64,000 nucleotides of DNA, taken from the NCBI GenBank assembly GCA_951406725.2, contig OX597817.1, forward strand, positions 89,342,001-89,406,000. The letters are read 5' to 3'. This stretch comes from Octopus vulgaris (Eukaryota). Below the pieces are notes generated by a model. It ran no database searches, had not been told where the DNA came from, and worked only from the letters and a program-made list of their open reading frames with translations. Both the position numbers and the translations under genes were made by a program. Shown here one piece after another: positions 29,114 to 43,074 of this stretch. Numbering within the stretch: the first letter of the stretch is position 1; each line of letters opens with the position of its first letter.

Positions 29114-29485
29114 CTATTGACAAAGTTGGAAGGGACTCCGAGTTCCAATTTTTACTCATGGTTTAGTCGCAAAAACTTTTACATGGCTGGGTATGGCCAC
29201 AAGGCAGCTGAGGTTTGAAATCACGGTTTTCCTACCCGTAGATAGATTGCTCCCCAACTTTCCCAGTTAGCGAGCTCCATCTGCCCGACAGACTTGCTAG
29301 ACAACCGATAGATAGGACCCTGACAGCTGCTACTATAGCGGGTCAGAGTAAAAGATGGTTCCACACTCCTCCACACCCAGGAAATTCTGAACGAGGCCCC
29401 CACTACTGGATGCAGTTTAAAGTCATACCCAAGACAGGCTCCCTCATTGGCTTGCGTTGTTGTTAGTTTATTTTTTAGGAAATTA

Positions 29486-31110
29486 GGGAAGACCGGGTCT
29501 AGTTGTTATATTTTTCATTTTTTTGCCTTGGCACCCACATAAATGAAGACAGATGAAGTCTCTTTTCAGATTTAATTTGTAAAACATCTCTATTGTTATC
29601 ACCAGCAAAAAGAAAACAGAAATATCATAACATTAATTTGACATGTTTTAATTAATGAGGTGGTGTCAGCTGTAACAATTTTCCCTGAGAACGGGGTACG
29701 TTGTGACACTTACTGGGGTACTTTGTTACAATTGTCGATAGTTAACAAACAAGTTTAAAATGAATATGTCTCCTGCCTCTTGCATCTAGTAAGTATTATT
29801 TTAATCAATTAACTGTGCTTTGAACCACCTCATATCCTAACTGAGATACTGAGAGTCCTCATCAGCCAATTTCCTCATCGTTACATGTGGCATCTAGTCG
29901 GAATCGTCCTCTAATAACTTCTCACCACAGAGATCACACAGAAAGTCCTGTCGTCCATCGGTACAGTCAGTGTGTGATCAGTCATTACAGATCATGCATT
30001 GCACTCATTCTTCACCCGGAAGGGAGTTGGAATACCAATCTGAGCAGACAAGGCATTTCCAATCAGTGACTTGCTTGCTGCGAGGCTACTTCCCTTTGTC
30101 TTTACCTGTTTTAGTTGACATTCCCTTCCTCTTTGTTACCTTTTCTGTACCAGTTGCCTTCTTTGGTTTGGATTTCCGTTCGTTTATTTCATCTACTATG
30201 CGCTGTTTTACGGGGGTTAGGGTTAGAATGGCTGCTTGGCACCTCTTGCGACTTCCAGACTTCGACCTGTCTTCCTGGGAGAAACCTTCCTTAATGGGCG
30301 CAACATCTCTGGGCTTGAAACAACACCAGCAGGAAAACTTGGGCCTGGTGTAGGTTGGTCTGTCGGACCGTCCTGCCGTTCATTGACCCGGCCGTCTGGT
30401 TGAACGTCTGACTGGTCGTCTGGCTGCAAGTTAGGCTGGTTATCTGGCTGCATGCTAGACTGCACGTCAGGATGGTCATCTGGCTGCACCTCAGACTAGT
30501 GTAAGGGATACAGTAACTTCATATCTAATGAGCCTGAAACCTACCACAAAATCTTTGGCAACATCCCGTAATGATTTCTTTTCATCCACAACTTTTCTGG
30601 CGGCTCATTCCATGACATCAGGAGGGGTATCCCCCTTTGTAGTCTGCTTTTTTAATTTCTAGGCATGGCATGTTAAAATAGAAATAGAAAGGGGAAGTTG
30701 CTACATGCCTGGGGTAAGTTGATACACTATAACAATTAGCCCCGACCATAGATTTCTGTGGACTACCTCGTACACAGCACTAGCAATGCATGGCATCCAG
30801 GACACACCTTCATGTATCGAAGGCAACTTTCAACACTTTCTAATGAGCCACAAACTGCTTCAGTAACATCACTTGTGCTTTAGTAGTTAAAGAAATAACT
30901 TCGTGGCAAAATTTCACTTTTGGAGTAAAAAATCGTTTTTTGAGCCATGCCTTTCCTGGTGACAACCCGCCAGTGCAATACACATGTGTAGTCATGATGC
31001 TATGGAGTTTGCCTTCACGAGTTAGAGACCTGAGTGCCACCTATTTCTTGAAGTTGGAAACAATGGGCTTGTAACAACCTACCCGTGTAACAACTAGACC
31101 CGGTCTCTCC
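29486..31110 (-). mobile_element. Internally deleted pogo-like DNA transposon with C-terminal PHD-finger remnant
   Basis: TIR GGGAAGACCGGGTCTAGTTGTTA / TAACAACTAGACCCGGTCTCTCC, TA flanks; minus strand ..AAILTLTPVK..WKCLVCSDWYSNSLPGEE*VQCMICND*SHTDC..FLCDLC. Confidence 0.8.
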
Positions 31111-31417
31111 TACTGTGCTGAGTTTTGTCAGATGTTACTACGAATATAATGACTTATTCATAACCAATTCTTATGAACTTTATTCTTTCAGGTCCTTCTC
31201 TGTCCGATCCTCTATCTCACCCCATCTCTTCTCATTTTCTCTCTCTCTCTCTATCTTCTCTCTCAATCTCTCTCTTCCTCCTTTTATCTTTCTGTCTCTG
31301 TCTCCCCACTCACTCTGTATCAGAAATAGTGATAAATATTTCGTAGATGGATCTTAATTATTATCACATTAAAGAACCGGAGGAAATCATATAAATTTGC
31401 ATTTGAATGTAATATAA

Positions 31418-31940
31418 AGGCGACAAGGTGGCAGAATCGCCGGGTAAAATGCTTCGCAGCATTTCGCTCGTCTATACGTTCTGAGCTCAAATTCTGCCGA
31501 GGTCCAATTCACTTTTCATCCTTTCGAGGTAGATAAAATAAGTACCAGTTGAGCATTGCGATCGATGTAATCGACTTAGTTCCCTTCACCCCCGTAATTG
31601 CTAGCTTCGTGCTAAAATCAATATTATATACAGTTTTCAGGAGCCTTTGCTTCCAAAGTCTTAGCATATTACTGATTTTTGCGAACTAGGGCTGGTCACC
31701 ACAATTGATTGATATACTATAAGTTGAAGACAGCGAACTGGCAGAATCGCTAGCTCGCCAGACGAAATGCTTAGCGGTATTTCGTCTGTCTTCACATTTT
31801 GAACTCAAACTTAGCTAGCGTCGACTTTGCTTTTCAACCCTTTGCGGTCGATAAAATAAGTTCCAGTTGAGCACTGGAGTCGATGCAATCGTCTTACACC
31901 ATTCCCCGAAATTGCTGACCATGTGCCAAAATATGAAACG
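31418..31940 (+). mobile_element. Two SINE family B copies (31418-31620, 31728-31940)
   Basis: Family B head, central domain and tail. Confidence 0.8.
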
Positions 31941-32231
31941 AATATACTTAGCCCTATCAAAACAAAAAAATTTCTGGCTTTGTGCCAAAATTTGAAACCA
32001 TTATACTCTAAGTCAAGCAAATATTAAATTTATGTAGATATCTAAATGAAATACTGGTACATGTAGATTAGTATAAATGAGACTTGTTTGTTAAAACTGT
32101 AATGTGCAAGCTACATGCAAGATATCAGTAAATTATGTTGGCGGCTGTAAGAATTTGAAGTTCTTTCTCGCAAATTTGTTCGGATTATAAGAAAATCCGG
32201 ATCATCAGTATCCGGAAAGACGGTATTGTAC

Positions 32232-32621
32232 ATCTTTTATCTTTTACTTGCTTGATTCATTCATTAGACTGTGGTCATGCTGAGGCACCATCTTGAAGGA
32301 TTTTAGTCGAAGAAATCAACACTGGGACTTACTCATTAAGCCTATTGCTATCTTTTGCTGAGCCGCATTAAGTTACAGGATCGTAAACACACCAACACCT
32401 GTTGTCAAGCGGTTGGTGGAGGACAAACAGACACACACACACACACACACACTCGACTAGTTTCTTTCAGCTTCTGCCTACCAAATGCATTAATGAGGCT
32501 TTGGTCGTTCCAAAGCTGTGATAGAAAACTCTTTCCCGCGGTGCCACGCAGTGGGACTGAACCCGGAACCATGTGGTTGGGAAACAATGTTCTTACCATA
32601 CAAGCCAAGCCAAGCCTACCT
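32232..32621 (-). mobile_element. SINE family A, diverged
   Basis: Collinear with 3578-3974. Confidence 0.8.
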
Positions 32622-33083
32622 GTATAGAAACATGAAAAATGAGAAAGTTGTTGATATGAAATGAATAAGTTTTGCATACATTAAAATAAATATATATATT
32701 CTGAATATTCGGTTTCCTGAACAACGTAATTTCTTTCTGATAAAAATACGGCGCACAAAGTGTACGCATTCAGCGTTCATTAGCAGGGATGAAGCTGGTG
32801 GCGGGAACTTTTCAAATAAATCGGCCGGTGTTCACGGAAACAAATTGAAAATTCTATACATTCTAATATAATGGCATTTACTTATTTAAGGTGGAATGCA
32901 TAGCAGCACTGCAGGCCTTGTGCCAAACTTTGAAATCATCACCCTCATCATCTGACTCACACACATACATATATATGTATATACCTGGGGATAATAATAA
33001 ATATGTATATAACAAATATGTAAATGTATAAATAATATGTACATATGTATAAAGATATGCATATATAAATAATATGTATAAAT

Positions 33084-33115
<32 letters not shown>

Positions 33116-33122
33116 ATACATA

Positions 33123-33335
33123 AGAGGGGGTGCTGAATAGTTCTTGGTTTTGAGTAAAAGAAAACACTGGAGAATCAGTTAATTATGAATTTCTTCGACA
33201 GATTACCCTCTCAGATGCACACACTGCAGCGGTCTTGCAGTTTTTCTAAACCCTGTAAGAGAACTCGGAAGGTTGAGCCTCCAACCAGGACTTTGGCGAC
33301 ACCCTTAAACCCAGGAACTTTTTAGCACTGCTTCG
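33123..33335. mobile_element. Mariner-type MITE
   Basis: Imperfect TIR GAGGGGGTGCTGAATAGTTCTTGG / CCAGGAACTTTTTAGCACTGCTTC, TA flanks; related fragment at ~1530-1605. Confidence 0.7.
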
Positions 33336-33548
33336 TATGTGTGTGTGTATCTGCGCACACGAGCGTGTATACCGATTGTGCCGTGTGTTCGTGCGTGAGT
33401 ATGCATATATGCATGAATAAATGAGTGTGGTTGTGCGTGTATATATATATACATATCGATATGTATACACATATTTGCATGTTACGAAATGATTACTTCG
33501 TTATAAAGTTATGTGTTTTTGTGAATGCGTGTATATGAGGGTGTATGT

Positions 33549-33592
<44 letters not shown>

Positions 33593-33720
33593 TTGTGTGT
33601 GTTTGTGAGTTTGTACGAGCATGTCTGTGTTTCTATACGTTTTTATATGCAGTCAACAGTATATTGTCAGCAAATCTACTCAGATGTCAGTTTCAAGTTT
33701 ACTTCCACTACACACACACA

Positions 33721-33795
<75 letters not shown>

Positions 33796-34053
33796 ATACA
33801 AGCTGTTGACATACATGCATGTCTACATGTATATGTGTCAGCGCACGTGTTGTAGTTTTGCATGAAAGACTTGAAATATGAGTAGCTGTTAGGTCAAGGT
33901 GATCGACAGAATGCAGATAATATGGAGTATCTAAAAGAGACGACTGGTAAAGGTTACATATATAGCTGTGTGTCTGTTAGTCCGCCTGTCTCTGTCACAG
34001 TATTTTTGTCTGCCACTTTTTTTCTCTCTCTCACACATACATACATACATACA

Positions 34054-34084
<31 letters not shown>

Positions 34085-34244
34085 GTACACAAACATACAT
34101 ACACGCACGCACATTTTTCATATTTTTTATCTTTTCTATGCTTCAGTCCATGGACTGCGGCCATATTCAGCACTACCCTGAAGGGTTTAGTCAAAGAAAT
34201 CGCTCCCAGTAACTGTTTTCAAGACTCTCACTATATATACATAT

Positions 34245-34785
34245 ATCCCCTCCTTAATTCCTTCTTTCTCTCTCTTCTCCCCCTCTTTGGTGCATTTGTC
34301 CCTCTTTTTCTCTCTCTCTTTGATTCCTTTGCCCCTTTTTTCCTCTCTCTTCTCTTCTCACGTGGCCGCCGGTCAACTAGCCTTTCGGCTTCTGAGCACC
34401 GCCACGACAACATCGAAGATTTCGTCTGCCGTAAGGCATTATTTTCCAAATACGCCAGCTAAGCTAAGTTGAATTGTCTAAAGTCGAAAGACACCTGTTA
34501 TTTTTGTCCTGTTATTATTATTGTTTTTTGTATTTATATTCGTGTGGCATCGTCCGTTTTGTTGTCCTTGTTTCGTATACATTCGATCCTTTTTCCAAGA
34601 AATCTAATGCTCGTAGCTTAGTTTTTCCTTGGGGCTGGCCGGATCGGAGCGATCTCAAGATTAATCAGCCGAAATTGCGAGGATGATCTGGTCCTTGACT
34701 GACGATTAGAGGCTTCGAATGGCCCGTCCGTTTTTTTGTGTCGTCTATTTGAATGTTTTGCATTCTTGTCCCATTTGTATTTTTA
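34245..34785 (+). repeat. Interspersed repeat family P2 lying between two parts of a family A SINE (34125-34212, 34852-35011)
   Basis: 3' part homologous to 23850-23988; TA-rich flanks. Confidence 0.65.
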
Positions 34786-34797
34786 TATATATTTTTT

Positions 34798-34838
<41 letters not shown>

Positions 34839-35379
34839 CATACATACATTTATGATGGGCTTCTTTCAGTTTCCGTTCAACAAATCCATGCACAAGACTT
34901 TGGTCGGCCCGAGGCTATGCCAGAAAACACTTGCCCAAGATGGCACACGGTGAGAGTGAAACCAGAAACATGAGGTTGGAAGCAAACGTCTTACTACATG
35001 GCCTCGCCTGCGCATGTGTATGCAGAGAACGGTGAATAAGCTGTCATCTAAATTATGCCAAAATGAAAATAACACTGACATCTCGTTTTAACAGATATAT
35101 TTACCAAAACTACATAAAAATATCCTGAAATACTAAAAAGTAAATTTACTCAATAAAATCGTCATTGGCTTCAACCACGGCCTCCAGACGACTTCGGAAT
35201 CTCCTGCAACTCTTCTGGGCCGTCTCCTTGTTTACATTGGTGAATGCTACCATAATCCTTGCCCACTCACAATAGCACTCTTCTTTTCAAAAAATAAATT
35301 TGTCAATCTACTTCATTTTGGTTAATGTATAAAGGATTGAGGTAACTCCTCCTGAAGATACAGAGTCAAAATTAAAAGA

Positions 35380-35477
<98 letters not shown>

Positions 35478-35496
35478 ATGTATGTATGTATGTATA

Positions 35497-35702
35497 TCTT
35501 TATCTTTTACTTGTTTCGGTCATTTGACTGCAGCCATGCTGGGCACTACCAGGAAGAATTGTAGTCGAAGACAGCGACCCCAGGACGTATCTTTGTTTTA
35601 AGCTTAGTACTTATTCTATCGACTCCTTTTGGTGAACTGCTAAGTTACAGGGACGTAAAAACTCACCAACACCAGCTGTCAAGCGATGGTGAGCGGACAA
35701 AC
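35497..35702 (-). mobile_element. SINE family A, 3' half
   Basis: Matches family A tail. Confidence 0.8.
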
Positions 35703-36711
35703 ATATAAGTAGTAAGATCGATTTAAGGTGGTGCTCCAGCATGGCCCTAGTCAAATGAAAAACAAGTAAATGGCTAAAAGAATACTAAATTTTACTTATA
35801 GAAGTAATTATATTATACATGACATATAATATAATCATATTATACATGATAAAACTAATAATGGTTAATAAAATGAAATGAGATCTCATCAGGGACTGAG
35901 AAGTCATTGACTTGCAATATATGAAGTAAATTCACAACTTATGTCTTTATAATTATGTCTTTATTTATTTATGTCTTTATTTATTTTTTATCATTTCACC
36001 GTTAAAAACTTATAGAATAGATGTTTAGAGTAAAATTTATGAATCATCAACCCTGTTAAGTTAGTTTCGTCGCGATACCTCACTCGACACTTAGGTTGGC
36101 GATAGACTTAACTTCTTAAAAGTGGGGCGCTATAAAAAGAGGTTAAAAACCACTGAACTAAACCCGCCAAGGTGGTGCCCCAGCGTGGCCGCAGTCCCAT
36201 GAATGAAACAAGTAAAGAATAGGGGATAAAAACAGTAATTGGTTATTCTATTAATCGTTGTGTTTATATAGATATATTCCTAGAAGATAAGACAGAAGTG
36301 GGTGGGGCACATTTGTAAAGAGTTGGTAGTTGTGGAAGGAGGCTATTTGCAAAGACTGGCCTAAATGCATATAATCCTGGAAATTCAGTTGGTTATTTAG
36401 TGAAATGTAAGGGTGTAGTTAATAACGGTTAATTTAATGGTGTTGATTAATGAGGTGAATGGATTTGTGGTGGCAGAAAGAAAAATACAAAACAAAAACA
36501 CAACAAATATGATTTATGTGTGATTAATGAGTTGAGTTTAAGAGAGGCCGGAGCTGTAAGAGTGACAGGTTTATTTACGTAACTGAGATGTTGTTTATCT
36601 ATTTACATTATACAAGAAATAGTTCGGTCATTCATCTTTGCGTGCTTGTTTGTGACTTGGGGTGTGAGTGAGCATTCTACACAACATCTTAGTAATATGT
36701 AAACATACTAA

Positions 36712-36908
36712 AAGTCGTTAGCATGCCGGACAAAATACTTAGCGGTATTTCGCACGTCTTTACGTTCTGAGTTCAAATTCCGCCGACATCGACTTTGCCT
36801 TATCCTTTTGGGTTCAATAAAAACAAATGCCAGTTGAGCACTGGGGTCGATGTATTCGACTTTCACCCTCCCCCGAACTTGCTGTCTTTGTGCCAAAATT
36901 TGAAGCCA
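36712..36908 (+). mobile_element. SINE family B
   Basis: GAGTTCAAATTCCGCCGA..GACTTTGCCTT..CTGGGGTCGATG. Confidence 0.8.
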
Positions 36909-36970
36909 ATATGTAAACATACTTATATTTTATTATAAGTATGTATCGTCCATCAGGTGTTCTGTTAGGC

Positions 36971-37229
36971 CAGTGCTTCTCAACCATTTTTACGTACGGA
37001 CCCCTTTGATTCCTATTTTACTCAGATGGACGCTCATAATGGATTGACGTTTTAAAAATCAAATTATATTTTTAGAATGAAATATTAGTAGGGACTGCAT
37101 TAAATAAAAATTAAGATATTTGGTGTAATGAAGAAATATAAGTAATTTATTACGCATAAATTTTCACGGAAAAAACCTATATGGACCTTTCTCCGCATGG
37201 GTCATATGGACCCCGGTTAAGAACCACTG
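36971..37229. mobile_element. hAT (Charlie/MER5-type) MITE
   Basis: TIR CAGTGCTTCTCAACC / GGTTAAGAACCACTG; flanks TGTTAGGC / TGTTGAGC; homologous to 28861-29113. Confidence 0.85.
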
Positions 37230-38143
37230 TGTTGAGCATTGTTTTGTGGGGATTCATTTTAATGAGATGTTGCTTTAAATTGGGCAAGAGTATAAATGCT
37301 CTTGAAGCGATTTTATTTTCTTTGGAAGTAGTCACTACACTGTAACAAGGACTGGACCTTATGATGAGACTATTATATTTCACTGGTATTTAATTGTGTC
37401 GACCTCGAAAGAATGACAGGTGAAGTGACATAGGCAGAATTTGAACTCCGAACGTAAAGAAACGGAACGAATATCGCATCCTTTCGTTTACCGACGCTCT
37501 AATGATTCTGCCAATGCATTGTCTTCACTGAGGTAACACGTAAATGTAACAGAAGAGCAGTTTCGAAAAGGGATGAGATGGAAGAAGAAAAGAAGAATTA
37601 AAAATAATTGGTTCTGAAGTCGCGAAGTCAAAAGTTGAAAAGAGAGAAAAAGAAAGGTCACATTTAAAGGACAAGAAGTCATCGCATAAATAAATAATCT
37701 TATATATGGAACTGACGTTTAAAAATCATTAACCACTCCCGTACATCAAGAGGAATGTAATTTAGATACTGAGAAGAGAAAGAGAGAAGGAAAAGAGAGA
37801 GGGAGAAGTGAGCCAGAAGAGAGGGGGAGAAGAAAGAAAGAAAGAAGGAAAGAGAGGAAATACTCAAAGTTTATAAACATTGGCCAGTGACTGACTTTCA
37901 ACAGATGCAATAGCAATTGTGTCAATGACCAGATCACAGATGTGCGACGAAAGTTTTTGAAGCTTTGTAGTATATGATATTTATAAGGAGTAGATGAGAA
38001 TGTGGATAATAGTGATGTTTTAAATTACTTTTCCTCGATGTGATATTTTGTGATGTGCGTGCGTGTGCGTCTGTGCTTGTGACTGTATGGCCTTGTGTGT
38101 GTGTGTGTGTATGTGTATGTGTGTGTGTGTGTGTATGTGTGTG

Positions 38144-38176
<33 letters not shown>

Positions 38177-39121
38177 ACATGCGTACTCACCCAAACCTGC
38201 AGTAACTGCTAGTTCTACTCATCAGCCTGCAGTAAGTATTACAATTTGTATATCAACTCTATTCCCGTAGAGGCAGTGTGAGTTTCAAGATCTGAGCCTT
38301 TCTCTGTTTGATTCTACATAAAAAAAAATTATCTCCTTGTCTCTCTTTATTTCATATTTATACACGCCTTCTCTCTCTTCCAAAAACCTCCTCTTCCTCC
38401 TCATCCTCCTCATCCTCCTCTTCCTCTTCTCCCCCTCTCTCTGCATGTTAGTCTGTCTTTCTTTCATATAGCACCGATGCCGCTGTCTATAATACATAGC
38501 TGAAACAGTGGAATAAATCATATTTAATGGTTAAGATTTATTCCGTTGTTCGACTGGTAATAATATATGTTACATTTTGCCAACACTCGACAACACAAAT
38601 TTCCCCATATTCTCGAATGCTTTACTATAATAGTATCATAGTATTTAGTTCCCTCCTTACCGAAGCTGTATTCAAACTTGCCTTCAAAAATTAAAACAAA
38701 CGTTTTAATCGATAGAAAGCACTTACCAGTAATCTACGCACAAACTTACAACGATAACGCCTGTCTCTATATAAAGTAGCAAATAGGTCATATGTCTAGC
38801 CAAGCAAGAGATCATTAATATTTTATAATGCTAAATAAAGAAAAGAAAACAATGAAGCAATCTATTGAATTGACAAATTTAAAAAAAAATCTGTTACATC
38901 CATTACTTATTATGTATGTATGGACACACACACACACACATACACACACACACACATACACACACACGACCATACACACACACACACACATACACACACA
39001 CGACCATACACACACACGCACGACCACACACACACGGTTATTTATAGACTTAGAAACAATAGCGACATCAGTTACAAAACTAACTTCTCAACACCATATA
39101 AAAAAAATAATTAGCGTGTAA

Positions 39122-39169
<48 letters not shown>

Positions 39170-39170
<1 letters not shown>

Positions 39171-39713
39171 GCCCTGATGCAGTACCAGGCAGTGGCTCTC
39201 ATGACTTCTGATCTTAACTGATTGGAAGTGTTATCATGTACATTGTTTTGTCTTGGTATAAAAGATGGGCTACAGCAAATATTCTGCTCAATACCACAGA
39301 TTTGCTTGTCAGTTGTTTGACCTTAACCAGTTGAGCATGTCCCTTAGTGGCTAACGATATGTGCATCTCTGATCACGAGCAGAAGTAGTGGGGGAGCATC
39401 ATAGCCATGTGTTGAGAGGGATTCTTTGGGGTTTGAATAATTCACCTCTAGAAACATGGGTGGTTCTTTCAACATCCTTAAACAACCTTTATTCATGGAC
39501 CTTTTGAGCGGGATGGGATACTCAACCTGAAGAAAATTCTAACTGGGCCCCACCTGCAAGGTCATGTGCTGTTTATATTGATATGAGATCACCATGTCGC
39601 GCACATATGGTTGTGATGCATGTGCCTGGTGTACTCTTATCAGACGGGTAGTCATGATGAGTATATTGGGCTTCGTATATTTTACCCCAGTGTCACTTTG
39701 ATGGCATGAACTG
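39170..39713 (+). mobile_element. Family T element, longest copy, in (AAT)n
   Basis: Reverse complement of the 12569 and 13739 copies; (AAT)n on both flanks. Confidence 0.8.
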
Positions 39714-39824
39714 AATAATAATAATATCATATGTGTGTGTATATCTGCGTTTGCGTGTGTGTGCATGTGTGCGCGTGTGTTTTATTATATGTATTATATA
39801 TGTATGAGTGTGTAAATTAAAATA

Positions 39825-41385
39825 CGGCTTGGACTTCCGTAAATATTTACTAGAAAACTGAAAACATTACTTAGATGACTGCCTGATTTTGTGGACGCAC
39901 ACATTTCACCAGCTTATTGATTCCAAAACCTAATTGTCAAGCATAAACACTAGTATTATCTTCACGATAGAATACAGTAAAACTCAACTATCATTCCTGG
40001 ACATTCTAATAATCAAAACAGGCAAAAACACTGAAACAGACATTCATTCACTGCAAACCAAACAGATTCTAAACAATACTTGCTGTTATCCCCATGCCAT
40101 TCCAAACACGCGAAGTTTAATTTCCATTTAATCCAGCAAAAAGAATCTACACAATCGTTTCAAATTATGAAACTCGTAATAAAAGACTCCAGGAATTTAA
40201 ACAAATGTTACTTGAAAGACAATATCCTTCAATGTTAATTGACAACGGAATAGAATATGTTCAAGAAGTACGATAAACAAAACACAGTTCGGGACAGCCA
40301 ATACTCTACCTGTATTATAAACAAACCCAAAACACAGTGGTGTACAACATTATCCACCAGCCCTACTGAGACAAAACCCGAGAATGAAACAAGCCCTCGA
40401 AATACGCAAAATATTTAAAAGCAAAATGAAAATCGCTCAACCAACTATCTAACTGCTCTAAATTACCTTCCAGAAACCCTGCATCAACAACCAAAATTTG
40501 TGACCGGTCTAATTGCGGGACTTGCATCAACCGCATTGAAAATAAAACATATAAATTTAAATCAGGACAAATGCAACATAAACAAACAGGATAAAACATT
40601 CACAGTGCCCAAGTGCAACGATAAAAGATGTAGAACGTGTCAATATATGCATACTGGTAGATCCGTTGGAACAAAAAATGGACAGATTTTCACAAATGCA
40701 GATATGAACTGCAAAAGCAGAAATTTGATCTACTGCATTAAATGCCCGAATTGCGAGGAACTATATATTGGTGAAACAGGGAATGTATTATCGGAACGCT
40801 CACGAGTTCACAGACAACAAATCCGGAACACTAATGTTCGCCAAATTCCATTAAGCGAATATATAGAAACATGTGGTCAGTAAATGTTTCTAATTTTTCC
40901 TTTCCACAAAGTACACTACACAAGTGAGGTTCGAAGAAAGATAAAAGAAAAACGGTTTATTAAAATGAACGGAAATAACAACAGTAATAGAGCAACCAGT
41001 TAATAATGTGAATTAAAAAATATCTTTAACATATGAATATAAACAAATTAAAGAAAACTCCCTCCAATTGAAATAAAAATGATCGAAACCAACTAAGTTT
41101 GGTAACTTATAAAACCATTACATGTAAACCACAAGCTAACTGATTGAAATAAAGGCATGATCTGTGCCAGTAATATTGGTACGCCCAACAAACAGTGTAG
41201 TTTAAGCTACATGCAGAGTAGTCAAAACCGTATTCAAAAATTCGGCTTGTTGGAGCCTACTAAGAGGTACAAAAAGGAGGAAGTCAGTCATTTTACTACA
41301 GTTGTCAAGACCTGAACTGTCAGTTAAAAACTTTTTGAAATCTGATGATTACTACGAACGTATGAAAGCGCTAATTGAACTGTAT
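39825..41385 (+). mobile_element. Penelope-like element (RT C-terminus + GIY-YIG endonuclease + 3' tail), decayed
   Basis: YLDDCLILW, FTIEYSKTQLSFLDILI; CNDKRCRTC..MNCKSRNLIYCIKCPNCEELYIGETG..LSERSRVH (ORF 40500-40883). Confidence 0.92.
41339..41376 (+). ncRNA. Minimal hammerhead at PLE 3' end
   Basis: AAU-CUGAUGA-UUAC-UACGAAC-GUAU-GAA-AGCGCU-A-AUU: canonical core, palindromic stem III AGCGCU. Confidence 0.65.
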
Positions 41386-41393
41386 GAGCATTA

Positions 41394-41640
41394 TCTATAT
41401 ATATCAAACTGAGAATGTGTGTATGTTTGTCTGTCTATCTGTCTGCCTGTCTGTCTGTGTGAATCCATAAAACTTGAGAACTACACAACTAATTTCATTC
41501 AAATTTTACACATGCCTTACTTAGGGTCCATGTAGTGTCACGGGGAAAAATCTTTAACTTCTTGCCTAGGGCGAGCCCACAGCAATATCATATCTTCTCC
41601 ACTATTTCAGTATTACGTGTTAAAAGTGAAACAACAATTC
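41394..41640 (+). mobile_element. Probable non-autonomous Helitron 5' end
   Basis: A|TCTATATATAT start, (GTCT)n, then AACTTGAGAACTAC..AATTTCATTCAAATTTT; no 3' CTAG hairpin found. Confidence 0.45.
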
Positions 41641-41662
41641 TCTCTATTGTATGTATATGGAT

Positions 41663-41736
<74 letters not shown>

Positions 41737-42074
41737 ATATATATATAGAGAGAGAGATTTATATGTATACATGTACATGTATTGCTGTATATGTATACAT
41801 GTATATGTATAGATATATTTCTATAGATATACATGTATATGTATACATGTATGCATATGTATGTATATATGTAAGTCTACGTGTGTGTCTTTGTGCTTCT
41901 CCCTCATCACTACTTCACAACTGGTGTTCGTTTATTTACATCCCCATAACTTACTGGTTTCACAAGAAGAAACTGATAGAATAAGTACCAGGCTTATCAA
42001 AATATAAAAAAGCACTACGCTGTCTCATATTTTTGTTTGCTCACTCAGTTGTATCTATCAATTTATCTTTGTGT

Positions 42075-42119
<45 letters not shown>

Positions 42120-42211
42120 CATATATATACATATATATATATATGGATTTCGTAGACAGGAACTGAAACAAATCAATCGTATATATATGTATAGATATAT
42201 GTAAGTGTATT

Positions 42212-42460
42212 TGTTTTGGTATTGGCAACATGAATGACAATGGCCAGAGACTACTTGAATTTTGCACATACCATAACCTGTGCATCACCAACACATTCTT
42301 TGCCAACAAGACATTCCACAAGGCATCTTGGAGACATCCAAGATCTCACCACTGGCATCAGCTGGATCTCATCATTACACGAAGATCCTTTCTGAATTCT
42401 GTTCAACTGACCCGTAGTTACCACTGCGCGGATTGTGCCACAGATCATTCACTAATAAGA
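42212..42460 (+). pseudogene. RTE-clade LINE AP-endonuclease fragment
   Basis: FGIGNMNDNGQRLLEFC..LCITNTFF..SWRHPRSHHWHQLDLIITRR..TRSYHCADCATDHSLI. Confidence 0.92.
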
Positions 42461-42545
42461 AGCACTCACAAGGCTTTGGTCTTCCCGAGGCTACAGTAGA
42501 AGACACTTGCCCAAGGTACCTCACAGTGGGACTGAGCATGGAACC

Positions 42546-42590
<45 letters not shown>

Positions 42591-43074
42591 GAGAGAGTTT
42601 CCATCTACTATGTTCCACCGAAAAGCTTTAGACAACTCAAGGCTACATCTCTTGGATTGGACCGATATCAACGTGATTGCAAAGAATTTTTCTTAACCAT
42701 ACAGCCATTCCTGCGCCTATGTGTCTAGTATTTAATAAATCCAATAATGTTTATTTACAAGGTAGAGGGTGTGGTAATTTATTGAAAAGTTCCAAGATAT
42801 TCCTGCGTAGATCCAACAAAATATTTGGATCGTAACCAAAAGACAATGTTTTCACTTGGTTGTATTACTTTTACATTTTATTTTTGTTTTTGAATATTTC
42901 ATTTATTTACTGTATATTTTCCGCTGTGAACCAGCAGAATATTGAGAAGGGAAAACAAAATACTCTACTGTTAATCTTATAACATACATTAGGTTGATAG
43001 TTATTGCTCACTTTTAAAGGAATCAGCACGGTGGGAAACACGGATGAAAATTAATAATGTTTTGTTTCTAAATC

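Noticed and set aside
32170-32216. Minus-strand CTGATGA..GGATT/AATCC-GAAC
   Set aside because: No A15.1-U16.1 pair or stem I; more likely a TCCGGA-repeat MITE remnant.
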